64,000 nucleotides of DNA, from positions 3,968,001 through 4,032,000 of the forward strand of contig NC_086379.1 in assembly GCF_036588685.1 (NCBI RefSeq), read 5' to 3'. A program made the translations under genes and the position numbers. Positions 38,101 to 48,769 of the stretch are shown one piece after another. The notes beneath the pieces were generated by a model. It was not told where the DNA came from and ran no database searches. It saw nothing but the letters and a program-made list of their open reading frames with translations. Positions within the stretch are counted from its first letter, which is position 1. Each line of letters starts with the position of its first letter. Source of the DNA: Mytilus trossulus (Eukaryota).

Positions 38101-41100
38101 AACATTCAGACGTTTCTCTATTCCCGTCACATTATATAAAAGCCTGTTCAAAGTAAATGAAGTGTTTTGCCAGAAATCAGGCCGTTGAGTTTCTATTTGA
38201 ACTGTTTCATATTTTATTATTTCATAGCTTTTTTATGATGCCTTTATACTGTGGTGGCTTTGTTCGTTTTTGAAAGACACACTTTGATCTATAGTTGTAT
38301 CCATGTCATGTGCGCTTTATTATATTTCAAAAAGTAAAATCACAAAAAATACTGAACTTAGAGGAAAATCAATTCGGAAAGTCCATTACCACAAGGCAAA
38401 ATCAAATAACAAAACGCATTAAAAACGAATGGACAAGAACTGTCATATTTTGACTTGGTACAGGCATTTTCGAATGTAGAAAAATGTTGGATTAAACCTG
38501 GTTCTATAGCGCTAACCCTCTCACTTTAATGACAGTATTATCAAATTCCGTAATTGATATTTGCAACCTATCCTAATTTTTATACTATCCGTCAGTCATA
38601 TTTAATAATACGTCATGTATAAGGCTACGAGCCGTCAGTCAAAATATAACATCAACATTGTGAGATTTGAAAATTGTTATGAACATATAAAATTACTTAA
38701 AAGACTCTCTACATTGCATGAGATACATATATATTTTTGTGCAATTATACCTTTTGGCATTTCAACATCGACAGTGATATTTTCGAATCCATGAACACAC
38801 CTCCATAAACCATTCAAAAGATTAACATTTGGAGGTCTTTTAACGACAAATACTGTTTCACCAGATGACAAGTCTTGTGTAACGTTGTTCGTTTTTGGAT
38901 TAGAACACATTGAATTTGGATATGGCAGCAAGCAGTATGCTATTTCATAACCGGACGGACTAAATATCGTGACGCTCGACACTATTTTATCTGCTTTGCA
39001 CGTTAATCTAAATTGATCACTGTTTACAATCCATGTGATGCATATACTTCCGTAGATTTCGAAAACATCTGTTTAAAAAAAATCAAATAAGTCTAAAAAT
39101 AAACCTGAAACAAGTCTATAAATTTTCTATAAAAGCTATACAGTCATACATCATTGTTTCTATACACAATTTAAGTTGGAGTTTGGCCAGGAATTATGCA
39201 AAAAAAGGAAATATAGTGATATACAATGTGTAAACTTTTTCATGTATTTGTATTTAGAGATTTTGTGAAGATAGTACTGAATCATGGCGAGTCAAACGTT
39301 TCAAAACTGGAAAAAAATAATGATTAAAAAAAGCATTTTCAAAACATGTATTTTGCAGACCAAATAAAGAGGGATAAATTATTAGTTTCAGAACTATATT
39401 CTCTATGAATTCAAATGTTTGCATTTAATCACTTCCATATTTCAATAACATACTTTTATCAGCTCTGTTGCGTTTAGCATTGAGAAGATACTGTAACAGT
39501 GGACGATATTGAGAGTGAATCATTGAAATTGTTTAGTCAAAACTATGTTGAAGGTGACCTATAATTGCTAATGTTTGTGTCATTTTTGTCTTTTGTGGAT
39601 AGTTGTCTCTTTTGCAATAATACCACATCTTCTTTTTTACATTAAACCCTTTTTTCAAAACAAAAAAATACACACTGAGATTTAAAAACCTAAAACAACA
39701 CACTGAGATTTTAAAATTACACACTGAGATTAAAAAAACATGAAAAACACACACTGAGAAATTAAAATTACATACTGAGATTTTAAAAAGGCCACACTAA
39801 GATTAAATCAATTGAAAAACACACACTTAGAATTGTTTAAAATTACACACTGAGATTCACATTGAGATTATTATGCAAGTTACTAATGAATATTCATGAG
39901 ATGAATAATTCAACAGATTATTATCTTGGTTTCTCGAACTCTTGTCATTATAATAATGTGGTTCCTTCAACCAACATTCATAATAAAGGGCATTAAGGCC
40001 TAGTTTTGGCCCAAGAAAATGAATTGTTTGATAACTATTTCAAATTGGCACATAATGTTTAGAAATGTATAGGGTCAAGAAATATAAATGATAAACATTA
40101 TGATTTTTTCTGATGACGTCACAATTACGTCATGATATGTACTATTTTCATAAAAAAATATAAAAAAACCAACAGAATTTATGCAGTTTTCTGACTTTAT
40201 TTCCGTTGTGGAAACATCCTGCGCAACCGAGAAACCACACTAATTTGACAAAAGCTTTATTATAACTATTGGCATCATCTCACCAAATATAAAGTTGTTT
40301 CTTGGGTGCGCACATACTTTCTCAGTCTAAAAAATACTTAACATTTGATGAAAAAATAAGGAAAATCACGAAATTTAACAAAATATGCAAATTAGGTTAT
40401 GATTTGTTGTCATGGTAACTTGTTCGATGTCAAATTTGTCTTTTTTTTTTCTAAGTACCTAATGCCTTAGACAAGTTTTCAGTAATAGAAGGATAGTTAT
40501 GATAACTTTGTAATTTGTAGTAATTTTTGGGCCAAATAAGGGCCTTATTGCCCCTACTCCTTTCATACCACATCTTCTTATGTCTATATATTAAGACCTT
40601 TTTTTGGTAACTCATATTCACAAGATTGTTGTCTATATAATTCAGACTAATATAATTGCTAACAGCGTATTGGGATTGTTTGCTCAAAACTTTTTAAGCA
40701 TAGGTCCTTTTTCAAACGTTTTTCAATGTTTTCTATTTTTGTTACATTTATATGCTATAATCGGCACTTGGGTAAAAATGTCTTTGCATTGTTTTTCTTT
40801 TTGTAGATTGTTCCAACATTTCTTATAATTTTTCAAGTATTTTACCATGATGTGATCATATGTGAGACAAATAATACATGTCTGTGGTTATATTTTGTAA
40901 TGAGAGTAAGGTATTTTTCATGTTCTATTGGTCCCTTACGTCGTATTCCTAATGTATTTTATAAAATATTTGGCGCCAGATTTAGGGAGTTACGAGTTCT
41001 GTCCCCTAGTTGTTTTCAGCTTGTAATAGATTAAGATTACGTATGCTAATTAGATATATGCGCATTAAAAATGCACACAACTCTCAGTGTGTAATTGTAA

Positions 41101-43845
41101 ATTCTCAGTGTGTGTTTTTTCAGTTTATTTCATCTTAGTGTGTCTTTAAGAAATCTCAATGTGAAATTTTCAGTTCTCATTGTATAATTTTCAATTCTTA
41201 GTATGTGTTTTTCATTTTTCATAATCTCAGTGCGTCTTTATGAAATCTCAGTGTTTAATTTCTTATTCTCAGTGTGTATTTTTTTTGTATTTTAATCTCA
41301 GTGTTTTTTTTTTTAAAATCTCAGTGGTTTTTTCTTAAAATTCTCAGTGTATAAAATTCAGTCGAAAAATGTTTTAAGCATTCATTTAGTTTTGACGAGA
41401 ACTACTTGTCATACCTTAAGTCATTATTCTTCATGTGAAGGCTATACTTACATGTAAAAATTTATTCAAATGTTATTAACACCATTCAGGGATGAAGTGT
41501 AGAAACTATTGGGGAATTTACGATTTGCTTTTGGCTTACAAAATTTTGATCAAAATATCTACATGTATGATGGGTTTATTTCTGACCGTTCATAAAACAA
41601 ATATTTACGTTACACTTTTTACAGAATTTTATTTTGGTCATCAGCTTTAGAGTGATGATTTCGTAACGTGTTGTATAAAACTAAGACGAGGTGGTATATT
41701 GCGAAGAGACACTACATTTATTATAAACTACATCTGATAGGTCTTAATTTATAGATCTAGTTATTCATGATTTTTTTTTCTGATAGGTATGAAAAAAAAT
41801 CTGCCCATCCATCCCCACCTGTCAGAAATTATATGGAATGACCCATATCCAACTGGTGAATCTAAGACGGGATCAGAGTCCCTTTTGTGACGTTCAATGC
41901 AATAAACAAGGCCATATATTTCGAACTCTCTTTTATGTAGGGTTGTAGTCCCCTTTGCTTCCCTGTATCCCTAGCTTGGACACAATCAAAGGTTTAAAAA
42001 TGAGTCTTTGCCTCTTGTTTGCCAAACAACTGAAATTAAGAATAAACACAAATACTTAACGAACTTGTTGGCTAATAGTCAGTATAGATAATTGGTCTAT
42101 GTACTTTTCTTTAATGGAGTATTTACCTTATGAGCTCGCAACTAAAATTATAAACATATATATGACTTTATTTAGTTCTTTTATAAGTATCAGTTCTATC
42201 TTATTAACACAAATGTTCTTAGAAAGCATGCCACTGGATATTTTTTTGCAAACAACAGCATATTCCGTTTTCTGTCATTCGCCTCTTTAGAAAATCCTTA
42301 ATACACCATTAATTTCTTACTTGGAACACAAATTACTCAAAAACCAGCCGACTTTATAAATAGCTTAACCTTCCACTTGATCATTTCGTTTTATATTGTA
42401 CCGATGACTGCCAGGTGTTTCCCCTCAAGGCAACCGTTTCTCACGTGATTAATACTCGTTTTTGGAATCAACTTTTAAGAAATGTACAGGTAGTATTTCC
42501 TGGAAAAGCTAATTGTTAAATTCAATACACTGTTTTGAACAAATGAATAGGGAAAATAAGTATATTAAATTGCAAAACTAGATGTGTCCAAGCGACACGA
42601 ATGGTCCCGTCTCAAAAAGTTGAAAAATCTGCAAATTCAATATGAACACATGTGGACAAAAACATGATGGTAGTTTCACATATAAAAAATCAGCTCAAAA
42701 TCTAGAATAGAGAAAAAATCCGTATAACTGTGATTTTCAATAATTAATCAAAGTCCAAAGCTCGTAAATTCAGCAAAAATAAGCGGAGCGGAACGAAACT
42801 TAAGCTTGCTCTATAACTCATCATGGTTAACTCACATACCAAAATTAGTCCAATATATGAAGGCGTTTAGTTAAAAAGTCTGTATAATGTGATTTTCAAC
42901 AATATCTCAAACTCCAAAGCCCATAATTTCGGCAAAAATTATTTGAGCACAACGAAACTTCAATTTGATCTGTAATTCATCATTGTTAACTCACATATAT
43001 AAAATATGCCCAATATCTGAAAGCGTTTAGAAAACAGTCTGTATAACTATGATTTTCAACAATTTCACAAAGTCCAAAGCCTGTAATTTCGACAAAAATT
43101 AGTTGAGAGGAACTAAACTTGAGCTGTAACTCATCATAGTTTAAAACTCACATAACAAAACACTAGCCCAATATCTGAAGGCGTTTAGCGTTTAGAAACA
43201 AAATCCGTGTAACTGTGATTTTCAACAATTTTTCAAAGCCCAAAGGCCGTAATTTCGGCAAAAATTAGTGGGGCAGAACGAGACTTCAACTTGATCTGTT
43301 ACTCATCATGGTTTACGTACATGCCAAAAATCAGCCCAATATCTGAAGGCGTTTAGAAAAAACTCCGTATAATGGTTTGTTGCGTAATGACTGCATGACA
43401 GATTTACGGAAAGACGGAAAGACGGAATTTCGAACAAGGGTAAAACCAAACGACACCGACAACTTCGTTGCGGGGCCATACAAACATTTAAACTGTCTCC
43501 TTTAAGCTTTCGTAAAACTGGACGAGTTTAAATAGTTTCTGACCATTTTGATCAATTTTGATAAAATTTGATTCGTGAAGTTTGTCACTGTACCTGTTCG
43601 GAATTTTACACTTCCACTTGAATTACTATGGGATCTGATCTCTCTGACTACAGTTATATTATAGCATAATAAAGAATAAGTAATAAGTACACTATCATCA
43701 TTCAAACATTGAACAGTAAAAGTTAAAATGAAGCTTTTCAAACTCCAACAATAGCTAAAGTTTATACAGTTCCACATGACTATTGTAGCTCAATATAAGA
43801 CTTACATTTAAGCAGACAATACGTAAATATCATATAACCATCCAT
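26180..43845 (-). CDS. Gene B: complete type-I membrane Ig-like receptor (signal peptide, D1-D5, TM, Tyr-motif cytoplasmic tail), 634 aa
   Basis: Exons 43806-43845 (MDGYMIFTYCLLK), 38751-39068, 37487-37831, 36961-37233, 35563-35853, 32675-32992, 30109-30216 (TM WLSFGTILLLITVILSTALIC-RHRR), 29283-29313 and 26180-26360 total 1905 nt, an open frame ending in TAA. The phases join (1 throughout, 2 at the last junction). It is collinear with gene A. Confidence 0.85.
32123..32166 (+). ncRNA. Minimal type-I hammerhead ribozyme, copy 1 (predicted cleavage after 32160)
   Basis: gcgtca-CTGATGA-gtct(tatgt)agac-GAAA-c(gcgc)g-TC^tggcgt. The catalytic core is complete; stem I is gcgtca/tggcgt, stem II is 4 bp, and the minimal stem III has a palindromic GCGC loop. 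Confidence 0.9.
32477..32520 (+). ncRNA. Minimal type-I hammerhead ribozyme, copy 2 (predicted cleavage after 32514)
   Basis: Motif identical to copy 1, 354 nt downstream. Confidence 0.9.
34004..35491. mobile_element. Non-autonomous PIF/Harbinger (Tourist-like) element with nested insertions
   Basis: TIRs GGCCACACCAATTT.ATT.CTTGTT at both ends with a TTA target duplication. Contains a nested TIR element at 34336-34777 (AGGTTCAGAACAACCC / GGGTTGTTCCAAACCT). Confidence 0.8.
39660..41352. mobile_element. Foldback-like element whose inverted arms consist of ~20-30-bp subrepeats, with a nested MITE at ~39985-40563
   Basis: Repeated ACACTGAGATT at 39670-39870 and its complement AATCTCAGTGT repeated at 41080-41352. 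Inner TIRs are GGGCATTAAGGCC / GGCCTTATTGCCC. Confidence 0.6.
42575..43484 (-). mobile_element. Helentron-associated (HINE/DINE-like) element with an internal ~160-bp tandem array (~4 copies)
   Basis: AACTAG end with GTGTC..GACAC hairpin; units with TATAACTGTGATTTTCAA at ~42723, 42883, 43043 and 43209; GACGGAAA microrepeat near the other end. Confidence 0.7.
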
Positions 43846-44372
43846 TTTGTTCCTGTTTTTTAAAATTATCAAATTTGTCTACGATGCATTTTTTATTTCC
43901 TGATCTGCTTGTTAACTATCCGATAGCAATAACAATTTGATTATTTTACATACATGTATATTGAATGATATCCGGTTGACATAAAAATATGGAAATGAAA
44001 TAGGAAATATATAATTGGTGATTGTCATTTTGCAATATTAAAAAAAACCATCTGCATTATAGATATTGTATTTTTACAATTATCATAATTAATAAAAGTT
44101 CCTCTATTTCGGCCAAATTGATATTAAAGTCATTTTTTAACTGAATGTAAAGATGTATGTTAATAAGACTTGCAGCTCCTACACAGACTTTGTAAAACGT
44201 CATCAGTGTCTGAGTAGAAAGTTGATGAACCAGAGGTATGTCAAAAAACATCTTGTCCTTTTTCTAAAATAGCTCATCGGAACGTAACAAGACCTTGTTA
44301 ATAAATATTCCGTATCAACTTCTCAAATTATACATGATGGTCTTGATGTATAAGTTCTGCGTACTGATTTTG

Positions 44373-44682
44373 TTTTTATGCCCCACCTACGATAGTAGAG
44401 GGGCATAATGTTTTCTGGTCTGTGCGTCCGTTCGTCTGTTCGTCCGTTCGTCCGTCCGTTCGTCCGTCCGTCTGTCCCGTTTCAGGTTAACGTTTTTGGT
44501 CAAGGTAGTTTTTGATGAAGTTGAAGTCCAATCAACTTCAAACTTAGTACACATGTTTCCTATAATATGATATTTCTAAATATAGTGCAAAATTAGAGTT
44601 GTTATCCCAATGTCACGGTCCACTGAACATAGAAGATGATAGTGCGAGTGGGGCATTCGTGTACTGAGGACACATTCTTGTT
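44373..44682 (+). mobile_element. Helentron-associated (HINE/DINE-like) element
   Basis: Subterminal inverted repeats ATGCCCCAC / GTGGGGCAT, an internal GGGGCATA partial repeat, a (GTCC/GTTC)n microsatellite, a 3' hairpin GTGT..ACAC and T-rich ends. Confidence 0.8.
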
Positions 44683-46989
44683 CATCTTAACAGCGTGTTT
44701 TATAGTTCTTTCATTTGTCTTTGTTTTATTATCAATATTACTTTTACTGTTGAATGGTTTTATGTGATATCCGTTTGACGTGGCTCTGTACTTATACATC
44801 TCGTCAATGTGTTTGTATTGGCTTTTATTTTTTGGTGGTTTGTTTTGTATATGCGACTTTTTGTATTTCTTTTGTGCTTATAACGTGTCTCTGTACTTTA
44901 AAAGATCCCGTCAGTATGATATTGTACTATTATATGTCATTATGATATATTTCTATTATTAATTACAATATACGTTGAACCACAAACGTCAAAATCATTC
45001 AATCGCGTAGTTGAATTAACTATTTGTGGATTCTTATAAATTCTATATATAACTTTTGGACTAGTTTAAATCTCGCTCTATTTCTGAAATTTATTCTTTT
45101 TTTTAACCCTGGATGCTAACAATGCCTATGTAAATTTTAAAATTGTTTGTATGCATATTGAACGACAAATTTATGTGACGTATACAATTTTTCTGACGTC
45201 AGACACTCAAATCAATGAATGTGTTCGAAGATAGTAGCTATGTTTGTGTCTGTTAATTTGTTCCTTTTAGAATTGTTATACGAAGATGACTGATGTACCC
45301 ATATTTTGACTATTTTATTTATTGTGTCTGTTTATAATTTAACGCATCAATGAAAATATAACGGAATTTGATAAGACTGTCATTAAAGTGAGCGCGACAT
45401 AGAACCAGGTTTAATCTACCATTTTCTACATTTGAAAATGCCTGTATTAAGTCAGGAATATGACAGTTCTTGATGCGTTTTGTATTTTGATTTTGCCATG
45501 TGATTATGGACTTTCCGAAATGATTTTCCTCGAACATCTGTATTTTTGTGATTTTACTTTTTGTATGATAGCGGTTTTTGCTCACAAGGAAGCTTTGAGA
45601 CCAAGAGTTCCCAATGTTGAAGCTGCAATCATTCCGTCGTTAACTTTACGGAAGCCTTCATGAATGTGTTGACCGTTATGGAATAACCGTTTCACAGATG
45701 GTAACGGATATGTTTCTTAAGTCGTAACTACAATCCCCTACCGATGTGACTTACGAATTATACTATTTACCGGGTTTGTAATAACATGAGCAATATGACG
45801 GGTGCTACATGTTGGACAGGATCTGCTGACCCTTCCGGAGCACTTGTGATCAACCCCAGTTTTTTGGTGGAGTTCGTGTTGCTTAGTCTTCTATGTTGTG
45901 TCATGTGTATTATTATTTGTATGTTGTTGTTTTTTTTTCATTTTTAGCAATGGCGTTGTCAGTTTATTTTCGATTTATGAGTTTGACTTTTCCTTTTTTA
46001 ACAACCTCGAAACAAACAGTTAAATCATAATTCTTTTGACACTCTTCGAAACAAACAGTTAAAACTCGACATTCAGTCGAGATTGGCATTTTTTCATTGT
46101 TTAAAATCGTCTCCATTATCCTCTATACTGCTTTTTATTATCTATAAACTAATACCATTCCATTATCACCTTTTTTATGAAATCTTTTAAAATCAACGAG
46201 TTTGAAAGTTTTTTTTGTATGTTTTGTATCTCTATTAGATGGTGCATCAGTTTAGACCGGAGGTGTAAATGTTCAAACTTTTCAAATTAACAGATTTTTT
46301 TATAGGTTAACGAGAATAACGCGAATACACTTAATTAAACCATATTATTCTAATGCCGACATATCCTCGTAGATAAAAAAAAAATCAAACATCAGTGGCA
46401 TTGACGCAGTTTAAGAATTTTTTATGCCAGATACCAGTCGTAAGAGAGTGACACATGTTAATTCTATAGTCGCTGTAAACATGTTCATACTTTTGCCGAC
46501 TCAATGACCTTTGAACAAGAAAATTGTTTCCACAACATAAACATAGTTGATAACCTTATAACGTCATTCCAAAGAACGCCTCAATGGATGCTATAATCTA
46601 ATTGCAAATAAAGACAATTGTATCCTAGATATATATATGAGCAATAAAATATATACCCCTTTTTGAAATTCCTTTCTATACTTAGGTAGTACAACTTCAT
46701 CCCACTCGTCTTACCTGGCAGAATGTACTTACTGTTTGCCTCTGACAATTTACTTAAAAGTGAGAAACGTTTTATACCGAGTTCGTTGTATATGTTGTAT
46801 TCGTAGATGATTAAAAAAAGTTCAGAAACAAAAACAAAAATATACTCTAAAAATCATTTATTTATTTAAAATGAAAGTTTAAAGTTATAGTAAATTAATC
46901 AGTCTAAACGAACAACGAAAAAACAGCTAGTAATGTGAATTGACACATCAACAAACAAATGTGATATCACACGAACAATAATTAATATA

Positions 46990-47800
46990 TAATTACAGCA
47001 AGGAAAATATCATGTTATAAGTAGGAACACAATTGACTATCGTTTACATAAACAAAAATTAAGATATCAATACAGCAAGGAAAAAGAGAAAGAAATTAAC
47101 ATGAACACTATGGATTACACACACAACAATTGAGATATCATAACGGCAATGAAACTATCGTACACATTCACAACTCTAAAGATATCATTACAGCAAGGAA
47201 AAATAGAATTCAATTACCTCGAGCACCTGACTAGGGTTTACACCCACACTAATTACGTCATTATTACAGCAAGGAAAAAGATACTGCAATTAATATAAAA
47301 CACTTGACTATAGTTTACACCCACAATAACTAATATATGATTACAGCAAGGCAAAAAATGTGAATAGTTTCAACACACATGACTGCCATTTACATCGACA
47401 ATTCTTAATATACCATTACAGCAAGGAAAAATAGAAATGGAATTGATATGAAGAACACACTTGACTACATTTTATACCAACAGAAGTTAAGATATCTTTA
47501 CAGCAAAGAAGAAATATAATACAATCAGTAAGAACATCTTTGACAACATTTTACATCCTCAGTAGTTAAGATGTCATTACAAAAAAGGAAAAAAACATGC
47601 AATTAGTAAGAACACCCTGGCGTTTACATCTACAAAAGGTAGTACAGCAATATAGTAAGGAAACCTACAATGCAATTTGTAAGAAGACCATTGCCAAGCG
47701 TTTACATCCACAATAAGTAATTTATAAATACAGCAAGGAAAAATAGAATGCAATAAGTAAGAACACACTTGACTATCGTTATCTACACGTATAATTAATA
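46990..47800. repeat. Degenerate ~75-80-bp tandem repeat (~10 units)
   Basis: TACAGCAAGGAAAA recurs at ~46995, 47071, 47189, 47265, 47342, 47417, 47499 and 47729. Confidence 0.75.
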
Positions 47801-48769
47801 TATCGGTATATGCGATCAAATTATAAATTGGATGTTTGCTCCTCAATTTTTAAAATTTTTGCCAGATTTTCGGTAACCTCCGGTTTTATCCATGTATTAA
47901 CATTAAAAAATATTGCCAAGTAACCCCTACTTTTCTTTTCATATTAATATTACATATGGTTTTAAAAGACATATTTCAAAATCTTATGAAATTCTTGTTA
48001 TTATATCATTGTTTTTAAAACAAAAAAGGTGCCAATGTTAAATGTATGAAAAGTACAGAGATAATTTTTTCCCGCCAAATTTTCAATGGCATGTATCTCG
48101 CAAACAAACACACGGACCCTCCGTTTTTTCTCTGCTATTTTTGTTACTTTATTCATATACTATCAATTTATAACACTCTTTTAAAAAGCTTGTTATTTTT
48201 AATCAGAGTAGCGAACATCCTTGAGAAAATAACAATTGATCTGATAGGTTACAGCTGATGCAAATGAACAGGATTAACTGGCTGTTGCATTATTGAAAAA
48301 AAAGAATTTTAGTTGATAAGAAGGCTTCAATATTCTAAGAAAAGCTGCCTCGCGAACATGATGTATAAATGCAATTAAAAACTAATATTAATCTTTTATT
48401 TGTATTTAAAAAAAATAACAGAAATATCACCTCTATCAATCATAACTTGCATGCTTCCGAAGTGCGTTTTTGAATATGTCTCCAACAAAAACTCTAATAG
48501 CCAGGTATTCACTATATCAGATCTGATAATATGTACTAATAATTAACGGTAGAGACAACGAGCGTCTTTTTATTGAAATTTTCCGAGGCTTTGAAAGTCA
48601 ACTTAACGATCGTAAGCTTATAATAATTAGAAAATTATTTATTGGGCAACTGCAATTACCCAGATTTTTTTTCAATAACATTACAATCACGAAAACAAGC
48701 AATTTCTTTTTTTATTTAGTACCTTATCAAATTTCAACTTATATTTCATAGGTTATTTATATTTATAAG

